DNA of 64,000 bases from the NCBI GenBank assembly GCA_964016885.1, contig OZ024740.1, forward strand, positions 72,106,001 through 72,170,000, read 5' to 3'. Below, piece by piece: positions 27,722 to 39,210 of this stretch. Within the stretch, counting starts at the first letter, position 1. Each line of letters starts with the position of its first letter. Below the pieces are notes generated by a model. It saw only the letters and a list, made by a program, of their open reading frames with translations. It ran no database searches and was not told where the DNA came from. The DNA is from Eledone cirrhosa. Taxonomy: Eukaryota. A program made the position numbers and the translations under genes.

Positions 27722-28187
27722 TACAAACAGATTAAAGTTTAAGCAAAGAATCGTTGCTTTCACTCTTAACGGGATCTTCTGAAACTAAAAAAACTAAAAA
27801 CATTAATCTGTGAATGTAGAAGTAAATATTTCGAAAAACGTTGCAACCGAAGGAAAGCAGGAAGACGATACTTTGGTTCGTGAAGACATTCCCTGGCAAT
27901 GAACACACAATAGCGAACATAATACGTCATCAATGTTCGTCAGAATGTCGTAATGCAGACAGCCAGGCATACAGACAGATAATATAAGAGCGCTACAGAG
28001 ATGGATAAGCGCTGCCTAAAACGCCTTAACAGAAAATTGAAAATTAAAAGCTGCAGTTAATATCTTTAGACCGCAAGGAATATATAAATGCAAGCTTGAA
28101 GCCAATTGGAGTAGAAATGTGGATTTGTATAGACTTTGCAAAAATGAGGATGGACACACAGACGACAACAGTTTTATATATATATAG
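27285..28187 (+). mobile_element. Putative non-autonomous Helitron/Helentron-like element
   Basis: Begins ACTAGC...CCCGGCGTTGCACAGG right after (AT)n, has an internal duplicated CTAGGGATCAA...TATGTGCATAA block and a CA-rich tract, and ends CAGAC...TTTTATATATATATAG. This resembles invertebrate Helitron-like repeats; assigned from recall only. Confidence 0.45.
27736..27786 (-). ncRNA. Hammerhead-like motif with non-canonical CAGAAGA core
   Basis: Minus strand reads AGUUU | CAGAAGA | UCCCGUUAAGAGU | GAAA | GCAA-CGAUUCU-UUGC | UU | AAACU. Homologous to 61735-61785. Confidence 0.5.
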
Positions 28188-28227
28188 GTGTGGGTGTGTG
28201 TGTGTTACCGTTTTCAGCTCTCAATAT

Positions 28228-28366
28228 ATACAATGTGAATGTAGGTTTAGCTGGCCTCATATGAGGTTGCATATCATAGGAAAGTTCTTGGGTATTTTGA
28301 TGATAGGATCCCTCCTATGAGATTCAACCTCTTAGGAGGCCAGCTAAACCCACACTCGCATTGTAT
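28228..28366. repeat. Fold-back copy of a dispersed repeat (TTTAGCTGGCC...AGGTTGCATCTCATAGG family)
   Basis: Imperfect inverted arms. Single-arm copies at about 1545-1640, 7475-7660, 26630-26730, 35390-35480 and 44145-44230. Confidence 0.7.
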
Positions 28367-28386
28367 CAGTTTTCAGCTCAAGAACG

Positions 28387-28518
28387 ATCATTTCTGAAGA
28401 CAGCATGTATATGTGAAGGTATGTATATTTCCTCTGATAAATTGTAATATTTTTACATAGATCTATATGATCTACATACCAACACACATATGCACCCCAG
28501 AAACGATCGTAAAATGAT
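28387..28518 (+). ncRNA. Type I hammerhead-like motif with very long stem II
   Basis: AUCAUUU | CUGAAGA | about 99-nt imperfect hairpin | GAAA | CGAUCG | UA | AAAUGAU. 7-bp stem I, canonical core, palindromic ACGAUCGU stem III. The base of stem II is unpaired. Confidence 0.65.
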
Positions 28519-30033
28519 GAATTTTTTAATATAAGAAACTTGTTCTTTGTTTTTATTTCATTGTTTTTATTAATTTATCTTGACTCTGTTTTTCCTATGA
28601 TTTTTATCGAAAATTTTGTCATGATACTTGGATTACATTGAGTTCTTCATATGGATTGGACACTACCATATATTTTGGTAGATTTAACTACATATATATA
28701 TATATAATTTCAACTGGAGCAAAGCTTCACGCATAGGTGTGAGCTGTAAGAACTATCTAGAATAAAACTTCATTATGATTTAACCACTAGGCCACCTACC
28801 TTTTTAAATGTAGGTGTAAGCTGTAAAAACTATGATAGAAATCTCTCAATTCATTTTGTAATATGAATATGAGCATTAAATGCTATGTCTGTCCATTCAT
28901 TCATCCATCCAGCTGTCTTCTTTATTTCTGTTATTTTGTGATGCTTTTTTTTTTTAACTTAACAATCACAACAGCTTATAGAACAGTATTTAGGTTCAAC
29001 TGCAGCTGTTTCTATCTTATGAATAGCAATATAATAAATTCAGAACAAATGGCTTAATAGTCACTGTGTAACTGAATATAGGAGAAATATGACTTCCATT
29101 TGTGTAAGTGTTTCTTAAATTCATACATTTTATCAATGACTTGAAATGACACATTTAGTGTGTATGTGTGCACAGGATTTAGACCTTGGGTTGCCCTGTG
29201 CACTTCACGTTTGGGCAGGACCCTCATACAAATGCCCTTTTATTAAACCTGGCCTTGTATATATGTATGGCAACCCTTAATAGCAGGAAAAAAATGGATA
29301 TTAAATTCTTTCTCTCTACGTGTGTGTGTGCGACGCACGCGCGCACACACACACGTTAGAGAGAAAGAGAATTTAATATCCATTTTTGTACATGTATTGA
29401 GACAAACTTTGTGGCAAATTAAACTTTTGTACATTTATTGAGTACTTTTTCTTACATTCATTTTATGGGTACATTTTCAAAAAACAAATATATTTGTGTG
29501 TGTGTGGTTGCATGCATACACGCACATGCGCGTGTGTAAATTGTTGGGGATCAACCTCTGTTGTGCTGGTGTTAGGTTAAATGCACCCAACCCACTCTGT
29601 AAAGTGGTTATTGATGAATGGGTTATCCTGCTATGGAAACCCTGTTGTAGTAAGAACAGACAGTAGTATCAGCCAATTTTTCTATTGCTGTCTGTGCCAA
29701 ATGACAAAGGCCCACAATGAGTAGGAAGATATTGTTAGACTTGTTCAACTGATGCAACATGGAACATTTAATGTATGGTAATAAGTTCTTGTTTCATGGT
29801 TTTGTGTAATAAACACTAAACATATACTGACTGAAGGAGTCATTGTGTATAGGGTCAATGTTTTTATAGTGACTATTTACTTCAGTTTTGCCAAATCTAC
29901 TGATTTTTCAAAACAGTATTGAAAAGCCAGTCACTACTAATAACAAATATTATATCTCAAGTAGTGTTCCAACACAAGGAAGTGTGTGGAGTTATCACAA
30001 AGAAAATAGTTGCAGAATACAGATGTCATCATT

Positions 30034-30369
30034 CATCATCATTTCATTTTACGTCCACTTTTCCCTGCTTGCAAGGGTGGGACGGGAACTGATTCTGGCT
30101 TGATTTCTACAGCTGGATGCCCTTCCTAACACCAACCTCATTTACAGTGAGTGCTGGGTGCTTTTTTGCCGTGGCACCTCCACGACCACTTTGTAGTGGA
30201 ATGATAGGGACCCCAGTCCCCATTATCTCATTTCTACAGCTGAGTAAACTGGAGCAACGTGAAATAAAATGTCTTGCTCAAGGAAACAACACATTACCTG
30301 GTCTGAGAATTGAACTCACAACCTTTCGATTGCAAGGCCAATGCTCTAACCACTAAGCTATGTGCCTCC
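30034..30369 (-). mobile_element. Full-length tRNA-derived SINE, same subfamily as 61310-61641
   Basis: Aligns by eye end to end with the reverse complement of 61310-61641, with few differences. Confidence 0.9.
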
Positions 30370-32772
30370 ATGTAGAAAAAACATTTCATTAAGAAGTGAA
30401 AACCTTCCCTAAACCATCAGAATAATCTGAACTCTTGGAAACATCTTCTTTGCCCAATTATTCCTAAAAGGATTGTGGGGGCAAGTATCAGACTTGCCTC
30501 CCAGTGGGTCCTGTCAGCAGCAACTGTCTCCAATTGATCTGGCTGGATCCCCAAACATGACCAACCAAGTACATAGATGTTATCTTGTTCATGGTCTCCC
30601 TCTGGGTCTTCTGCCGGTTGGCTTTGCCTATAAAATCGATCCAGTAATTGTTTCCTTAGACATTTCAACCATATCTGTAGTACCAGAGCTGTGATCTCTT
30701 GAGCCAGGGAAGTACCATCTCTACCTGGAATGACTCCCTGATCTCTGAACTACGCACCCTATCGAGTAACATTATTCCAAAGACTCTTCAAAGGAACCCC
30801 AGTTCGACCACTTGTATTTGTGATCATATTCTTTCAGTTGTTACCCGAGCTTCATGACCATAGGTAAGGGTAAGCATGTAAACTGAATTAAAGATATCTT
30901 GTAGAAACATGTTTACACATATTTCAGTTGGTAACAAGAATAGAAACACGGTATACACGTCTGAAGGATTATAAATCCGAGGGCACTCAGAACTAACCAT
31001 TGCTAATCCAACAAGAAGGTTTCTTAGTTCGCAGCTATGAACCCGTTGATAGTGTTTCACTCTGTTATCTTATCTTATTTTTACCTTTCCACCTCTACTT
31101 CCCTCATTAATCAAATTGAACCACACCATATACCCTCACCTACACACACCTCTATCTTTTCTGGTTAACTAAACAAACAATAAAATGCAAAACAAACCAT
31201 TTAAACAAGTTTTAACTTGTTTTTTATTTAATTCTATTCTACCACTTTTCTGGTTTTTCATTTCATCTCTTTTTCTTGCCTGCTTAATTTTACTTTGAAC
31301 TACATACATCTACAACACCTTATGCCTATTTTTTTCCATTATTAGGGCTTACATGGGGGGGGGGGGCTATTGGTAATTTTTCTACGTTGTTTCTGTTGAT
31401 TTTTTTTTTTTATTGATTTTGATTTTTTTATTTTTTTTTTTATTATAACCAGAATTACTCATTTAGTTTACTTATTGAAAATACATTTTAAAATAAATAT
31501 AACTTCACCTACAAATCTGTGCTTATACTGTGATTTCATTCCAGCAAAGAAATGGATATTATGATTAATTCATAAATTAAGACGCTGTTCTCATCAGTAA
31601 GCATTGTCTTAAAACCTACTTTATGGCTTTTACAAGAAAATGAAAGTAAAATACATTATGTTACATGTCTAGACAGCAAAAACAATCTCTCAGGAAAAAG
31701 ACATTAATATTATAAATAAAATCATATATATATATATATACTAATCATTTGATGTCCATTTTCACAAGGGTTGGATGGGATTTCACTGACTGAGTCAATA
31801 CTAAAGCATGGCCAGTGACCTCCCAGACAGACTGGGGGTTTGTATCCCGCTTACATACTGTTCCGCATTCTACCAAGTGTATTTGTGGCAACAACAGGAG
31901 AGGTTGTCATATCCTTGACACAACTGAAGGGCCTCTCCCACCAACCTTTTGTTTGGTAAGCTTTCTATGGCTGGGTGCTTTTATCGCTGACACTAGGGAG
32001 GTTGTCATACACAGGTGAAACTTCAGAGTAACAAGACTCATCACTTTAGCTATAATAAAGTGTGCGTGTGTGTTCTAATTGATTAGAAACGGGAAATTAG
32101 AGCAGTGATTGTAAGAGGCTTATTAGCAAATATCTATCTCATTAATATTATCTTTGAGAAATATTGGAGACTTGTATGTATTAAAAAATGTTTTTAAAAC
32201 ATCTCATAAATCTAGTTTATGAAAACCTAGCATTACTACTTTAGTAAAATAAAGGATGTTTAACTTATATATACCTAGTTGTGTATATTAGTGCATAATC
32301 TTTTGCAAATAACTATTTTAAAACAGTTTCCCCAAGCCAATTACATAAATTTATGTAAATTTGTTAGGTTGGCAGTAGATTTTAATATTAGAGAAGTGTC
32401 TTGTAAATTACAAACTAAGTTAATATTGTTCAAAAGAAATAAAGTTGAGGCTAACATACTTTTTGAGGCAATTTTCCAAACTTTTTTTGACTGCTGCTCT
32501 CATTTTAGGGAATGTTTCATTAGCACACACACACACACAACACTGTAAAATTGATAAAAAATTATACTTTGAAAATCAAATTAATTTTTTTTCATTTTAC
32601 TAACCCATTTGATACCAACCTGGCTAGAACTGGCTCTGGTTCTATGAAACAAAACTTCCGGTTTTTAAAGGTTTCACCCTATTTTAACTATTTTATTGCA
32701 TCTCTGTGCATGAGCACACCATTCTTTATTTATATATATATATATATATCTTGATATACACTGCTGATGTAG

Positions 32773-33560
32773 ACTGGCTGCCCATGGAAACTTCTCTATG
32801 CAGATGATCTGGTCCTTATAGCCAGATCCATTAAAGGCATAGAAAATAAGTTCTGACTATGGAAACAGAATTTAGAATCAAAAAGCCTGAGAGTAGACAT
32901 AGCCAAAACTAAAGTTCTAGTGAGTCAGAAAAAAGATAGGACCATGATTCCTGCTCAATATGCAGAAAAGTAGTAAGCATGGGTACACAAGAGATATAGT
33001 GGGTTAATGAGTAGACTAACAAGAAGGGAAGGCTTTGTTTGTAGAAGATGCACAGGGGTAACTGAGAAGAAGATAACCAATGTTGTAACCAATTCCAGTT
33101 ACAGGAAGGACCCATAGAAGGGTTGATAGCTTCTGCTATCTAGACAACATAATTAGCAATGGAAGAGGGTACTCTGAGAGCATAATAGCTAGAATAAGGA
33201 TAGGATGGAAAAAAGTCAGAGATACTCCCTCTGTTGACCACAAAAAGGTCTCTCTACATACAAAAGGACGAGTGTATGATGCCTGTGTGCGAAGTGCAAT
33301 GCTGTATGGTAGTGAAACATGGGTTGTGACTGTAGGACATGCGTAGACTGGAGAGAAATGAAGCAACCATGCTCCATTGAATGTGCAATGTTAGTGTGAG
33401 AGAAAAGTCGGGCTTGGACAAGTTGGAGAAACGGGGGTTAAGAGGAATCTGAGGTGGTGTGCAGGAGAGAGACTGCATTGGTTTGGACATGTGATGTGCA
33501 TGGACAATGACTGATGAGTGAGGAAATGCCAGGAAATCCCTGTGGAAGCCTTCCAAACAG
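32773..33560 (+). mobile_element. Decayed RTE LINE reverse-transcriptase fragment
   Basis: TGCPWKLLYADDLVLIA...LRVDIAKTKVLV (YADD catalytic motif), then GRVYDACVRSAMLYGSETW and LHWFGHV. Multiple stops and frameshifts. Confidence 0.9.
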
Positions 33561-33800
33561 ATGGTTGGGGAGTCCCTTCAGTTATGTCAAAGACATGATA
33601 GCCTTTCCCATGCACTCAGTAGAACATGACTGTATGTAAGCAAGATGCAGACCCCCGGCTTGACTTGGAGGTCAATAGCCTACTTCAGTATTGACTTGGT
33701 CTATGTAGACCCATTTGACCCTTGCTAGTAGGGAAAGCAGACATTAAATGTGATGATGATAGTGTATTTCATTAGTGATAAGGTCAAGAAAAGAGGTTAA

Positions 33801-33990
33801 CCCTTTAGCATTTACATTACTCTATATTTACTATTGTATTTTCATGGTAAAGGCTTTACTTCAGATAATTATCTCACATAATATTGAATCTAAGAGCTTT
33901 TGATATTATGTTGAGAACAATACCTTACAGCTGGTTTGGACAGAGGTGAGAGAATTCTGGCCAGATATGACCGGTTTAAATGCTAAAGGG
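33801..33990. mobile_element. Complete piggyBac-like MITE (190 bp)
   Basis: 14-bp TIRs CCCTTTAGCATTTA / TAAATGCTAAAGGG with TTAA on both sides. Related copies at about 23815-24015 and 49350-49540. Confidence 0.85.
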
Positions 33991-34376
33991 TTAAAGCATT
34001 TGTTGACTAACTAAAGGTGGCATTTTTTACAAACTACTAATTTGTATTATTTGTCTCTTTCTTCCCTCCCCACCCTTCTATGCCACCACTACCACTCCCT
34101 TGGCTTCTATTGCCCTTTTTGAATCACAACTATCCCCATGGAGGAGGGGGTAGCTCACACTTTGGAAATCACTGATTTAATGAGAATTTTATTTTGTTAT
34201 CCATCCAGTTTTTAAAATCGATCCTGATTTATTGAATGTTCGATCAGACATCTAAATTGGAAAAATATATATAGTTAGGTTTATTCTCTTTTAATGTGGG
34301 CTGTAGCATATTAAAACTCTTCTGACTATAATTCAATCAGAATTAATCAATTTGCATATTTTGACCTGATCTAAAT

Positions 34377-34413
34377 TTCTCTTTCTTTCTCTTTCTTTTT
34401 CTTTCTTTCTCTT

Positions 34414-34444
<31 letters not shown>

Positions 34445-34520
34445 TTCTCTTTCTCTTTCTCTTTCTCTCTCTCTCTCTTTCTCTCTTTCTCTCTCTCTCT
34501 CTTTCTCTTTCTCTCTCTCC
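34377..34520. repeat. (CTTT/CT)n microsatellite
   Basis: Seen directly. Confidence 0.95.
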
Positions 34521-35585
34521 TAACCATTGCAGTTGCATCTTTAAAGGAAGTACACAACATAAAACAGGGTTTCTTATTTATTTCTGCCCCGAATGGTATA
34601 GTGTAGTTTAACCCCGTTGATAGTAGACTGCCCCTGGTTTTCTGATGCTAAACTGTGTGTTTTAAAGTGTTTATATTTATCATAAAACCTTACATAGAAA
34701 TCTTATGTAAACATCTTTGTCTCAAACACCAGTTTAATAATGAGAAAGCTAGTTAAGTTAGTTATATTACTAAATCCCACTAAATTATTATTTTCAAAAT
34801 TATTTGAAAATCTTTTATTAGAAGTATGCATTTGTTTCAAATACTTAACCCTTTCATTGCCAGAGTCTTTATCTACTAAATACTGTTTACCAACATCAAA
34901 CATTTTCCGGCTGTTTTCCTTGTTAAAGCAGGGCCTTGTGGGCTCCATGAATGAGTGTAGTACATGGTCAATCATCTTGTGGCAGCCTGGCTTTTAACGG
35001 TTATATTTGGCATCATGAGTGGAAAATTTAGAAGTTGAATAATAATTGGTACGAGATATCCGTGGAGAGAACTCTATTTAAGCTACATATTGTAATCAAT
35101 TGCTAATTAAAGCTTAATATTGTTGTCAGTGGCTAATTTTCTTAAACTTTAATCAAAAATAATTTTTGAGTGCTTAACACCCTTTATCACATTTCTAATA
35201 AAGGTTCTTACATACAATTATGATGAGAGATTTTTTATATAATTATAGATGCTCTAAACAGTGTTTTACATCGAAGGTCATTTTTAGATATGTTATCAAA
35301 AGGCTTAATGAATTTATAAGATATTTTCTTTTATAAACCTTTGTGTTTCTGAGGCCCTGTATTTATAAAACCTTTTATTTATTAGCTGTGATAGGACTGG
35401 AGCCTCTATCATTAAATCCTATGAGATGTAATCTTGTAGGTGGCCAGCTAAACTTACATAGGTGTGAGCTGTAAATTTCATTAAAAATAAAAAAAAATTT
35501 GATAGCTGAACAAGCAATTATGTTTATTAACATGTTTAATTATGTGACATATTTGTAAGTGAAGAATATTTTTTGTGTTTTGTAG

Positions 35586-35712
35586 GTATCTATTCAGCCC
35601 AATAGGTAGAACACTTGGTCTCAAGGAAGAAAAAACTATTCGAATTACACATAATGAAGCATTGGAGAAAGCTTTTAAGTTACATAAAGTTCCATGTAAT
35701 GGACTTGTACAG
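35586..35712 (+). CDS. CERS: Ceramide synthase (CerS/Lass family) internal coding exon A
   Basis: Acceptor ttttgtag, donor CAG|gtaaat. 127 nt = 1 nt + 42 codons: YLFSPIGRTLGLKEEKTIRITHNEALEKAFKLHKVPCNGLVQ, resembling the CerS segment leading into the Hox-like domain (N-x-x-LEK-x-F). Splices in phase 0 to the next exon. Confidence 0.92.
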
Positions 35713-36524
35713 GTAAATATGGTGACAGTTTTTCTTTTTATGTATGCTATATAACTCTTAATGTCAAGACATTTATTGAATAAGAGCAAAACAGCACTAC
35801 AACTGCATCACATTAAAAATTAAAATATTTACTTTAGTACTGCAAATTTTCACAATATGTCCAATAGCAAAGATATTATAAACATTTTAATTAACAAACC
35901 CATCATTTTTAGATATTTTCTGCTAACTTATTACAGGATGTTAAGAGCTAACTTTTAATTACACTGTTGAAGGAATTTTAGTTATTCTTAAAACATACAA
36001 CATTTATCATTTATTTTCTGGTATCAAAACTTTCATTGCAGTTCTTTAAACTAGATTGGTTTGTTTTGTTTTTAATTCTGTAGTTGGAAATTTAGTTTTT
36101 GTAGAGCTAGTGTTACCAAAGGTGATTGGAACCACTCCTAATACAGTATGGAACCTATGAAAAATGACAGTTATGCAAAGTGTCCTGTCTTGGACTGTGA
36201 TAACCTGTCTAACCCATACCAACATGCAAAACAAACATAAAATAATGATTTCCTATTTCAAATTGTTCCTATTTAAATTAAAATCTCCCTTTGACAGTTT
36301 AATAATAACAAAATTAATTATTTTACTAAATCCTTCAAAAGTTTTTTGTTATTTTCAAAACTAATTGAAATAGATAAGCTGTGTTTTTCATAAGAAATAT
36401 GGTTTTGAAATGGTTAAACAATTTTAGGGGAAATTCAGATGGCAATGCTAGACAGGGGGAACTTCGTCATGGCACCAGTAACTGATGTATAGAACAAGAA
36501 ATATGATTATAAAAAGTCTACATA

Positions 36525-36721
36525 CTGTATTCCATTAGATATATGGGTGTGAAATGGTTAAATAATGTACTTCATTAGATATATGGTTATGAAAGGGTTA
36601 AATAATGTGCTTCATTAGATATGTGGTTATGAACAGGTTAAATAATGTACTTAATTAGATATGTGGTATGAAAGGGTTAAGTAATGTACTTCATTAGATA
36701 TGTGGTTATGAAGGGGTTAAA
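36525..36721. repeat. Tandem repeat of about 40 bp, 5 copies, derived from a MITE terminus
   Basis: Unit TACTTCATTAGATATATGGTTATGAAAGGGTTAAATAATG. Confidence 0.9.
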
Positions 36722-36994
36722 GACTTGACATTGTGTTATGTCTAAAAGTTGTTGACTGTTAAATCAAAGTGATATGTATTGTTTTAAGTAGAGTATAAAT
36801 AGTATTTATACTAAATGTGATATAGATCCTAAATATGATTTAGGAACCTTTCAGTGATATGGGTATTTTTTTTTTTTAAGTAGATTGATTTATCATCATC
36901 ATCATCATACGTCTGCTTTTCCCTGCTTGCAAGGGTATTTACAATATGAAAAAAAAAAAAAAAAGGAAAGCAGCAGATTGTCTGATTGGTTTGA

Positions 36995-37170
36995 AGAAGC
37001 TATGTTTCCATTGGTCCTTCCATTGCTGATACTATCTGCTAGCCATCAGATCAGATGAAGGAAACTTTTTCCATTGGTCCTTCCATTGCTGATGCAATCT
37101 ACTGGTTATCAGATCAGACCAAGGAAACAATGTTTCCATTAGTCCTCCCATTGCTGATACTATCTGCCAG
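36995..37170. repeat. Three direct repeats of about 65 bp
   Basis: TTTCCATTGGTCCTTCCATTGCTGATACTATCTGC-like unit three times. Related single copies at about 56925 and 50410(-). Confidence 0.8.
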
Positions 37171-37939
37171 TCATAACTCCCTGCAGAAAGAGGCAGGATT
37201 TGAACTCAGAAAGCACAAACCTGATCATATACCACAAAGTGGCTTGTCCAACTTTTGAACAATTTCATTAATTTTATTTATCGACCTTGAAAGGATAAAA
37301 TGCTTTTATCAGTTGACCTGAGCAGGATTTGAACTCAGAGAATAAAGAACTAAAGCAGTTATTTAATCCAGCACGTCTGACAAATATGCCAATTTGCTGC
37401 ATGTGAGGGTCTCTGGTTAACTACCTCTAATTGGAGTGTTTTGAATAACATCTTCAAACCAATTGAGCTGTATTGTAGAAATTACAAAAAAAGTATGTTT
37501 TTAATTAAAATAAACTCCCTTCTGAGGTCAATGAAATAAAGTACCAATAAAATACTGGGGTCAATATAATCAATTCCCCCACCATAAAAAAACAATTGCT
37601 GGCCTTGTTCCAAAATATATTCTCAAAACACATACCAGCTGGGGGTTCTCATTGCTGACAGTAAATGGAAGGAAATGTTTTATCATTTTACATCTTTTAT
37701 CTGTTCATGGCAGCAAATCTGGGGTTCTTTATTTCCAGCTGTTACAGAAATTATCTTTTTGTTGAAATACTAATTCTCTGGCTTTGGCAATAAAATTGCA
37801 GTTATAAAGAGATTTATTACAAGCAAGATACCTCAATAAATCTAGAACTCCATTATTCAACCCGTTTGTTACAATATTTCTAATGAAATACATTGCTTAT
37901 GATTTTCAAACCATATTGAAATTATGATGAAAGCTTTTT

Positions 37940-37997
37940 AGAATTTGTTTCCATCTGATCACCGAAGTTAAACGCTGTGACATCTAGTTAGTACTTA
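37940..37997 (+). repeat. Inverted 58-bp duplicate of the 5S-derived fragment
   Basis: Reverse complement of 38248-38305 with one mismatch, embedded in a piggyBac-like MITE remnant (about 37858-38057). Confidence 0.85.
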
Positions 37998-38211
37998 TTT
38001 TTAAATAAAGTTTTTTTTATCAGAGAACCAGAAGCAGTTTGTTATCACAGGGGTTAATCTCTTTTCCTTTTTATAAGAAGGTATGGTGGGATTTGAGAGA
38101 TTTAGCTGGTATATCTAGCAGGTTTAGCAACCACATCAAGGCTCCCTTATTGGTTTCTTCCAGCAGATCAAACAACCATGTAGAAGCCCTCCCACTGGCT
38201 CAATTTTAATG

Positions 38212-38305
38212 TTTACAGTAGCTCAGCTCCCCAATCGGTCACTCATCTAAGTACTAACTAGATGTCACAGTGTTTAACTTCGGTGATCAGATGGAAACAA
38301 ATTCT
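38212..38305 (-). pseudogene. 5S rRNA-derived fragment (pseudogene or SINE3-type head)
   Basis: Minus strand reads ...CATCTGATCACCGAAGTTAA...GTTAGTACTTAGATGAGTGACCG...GGGA...CTGTA, matching the 5S internal control region (GATCACCGAAGTTAAGC, GTTAGTACTTGGATGGGTGACCG). 5' end missing, sequence diverged. Confidence 0.75.
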
Positions 38306-38739
38306 TTTTTAAACAGGAAACCAAAAGCTGAGCATTGTCAGATGTGAATTATTATTCTTTATAAAATCCCCCCCCCCCCCCCCCCCCGCCCTCCTCTAAC
38401 ATACGATGGGATATGAACCAGTAATAAGCAGAAGCATAGTTGAAACAGTTCTGCATAGCATCATGTCCTTTCTATTGTTGATAGATTAGAAATTTAGAAG
38501 AATAGACTATGGCTTTGTAACTATGTTATCTGGAATAATTACTTCACTGTTGGAGCAAAGTTTGGCCACTAACACTTCTACTTTTGACTATTAAGTGGAC
38601 AAACCTATCCCATACATTTTACTTTGAACAAATTTTGACTACAAGTGTTGCTATTATCTGTGTAATCAGTTTTTGAATCTGAAATTATTTTGAGGCGGAA
38701 TATAAAACCCACTTATCATCATTTTACATCTTTCCATGC

Positions 38740-39210
38740 TGGCATAGGCTGGACAAATGGTCCCTGTATGAGACTACACTGGTCAGCATGAGCTGGACAA
38801 ATCATTCTGATCTGAGATTAGACTGGTCAGCATGAACTGGACAGGTTGTCATGGTCTGAGAGAATACTGGTCAGCATGGGTTGATCTGGGGCTAGACTGG
38901 TCAGTGGAATAGGTTGAATGAGTCATCATGGTCTGATACTAGACTGATTAGCATGAGCTGGTTTGGTCTGAGATTAGACTGGTTAGTATGGGCTGGACAG
39001 GTTGGCATGGTCTAAAACTAGACTGGTCAGCATTGGTTCGATGTGTCATCATGGTCTGAGATTACTGGCCAGTGGCATGGGCTGGATGGGTCATCATGGT
39101 CTGATACTATACTGGTCAGTGGCATGGGCTGGATGGGTCATCATGGTCTGATACTATACTGGTCAGTGGCATGGGCTGGATGGGTCATCATGGTCAGAGA
39201 TTAGACAAGG
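38740..39210. repeat. Degenerate minisatellite, unit about 44-47 bp
   Basis: Recurrent GGTCTGAGATTAGACTGGTCAGCATGGGCTGGA; the last copies are nearly identical. Confidence 0.85.

Noticed and set aside
38212-38305. Functional 5S rRNA gene
   Set aside because: 5'-truncated, diverged and not in an array.
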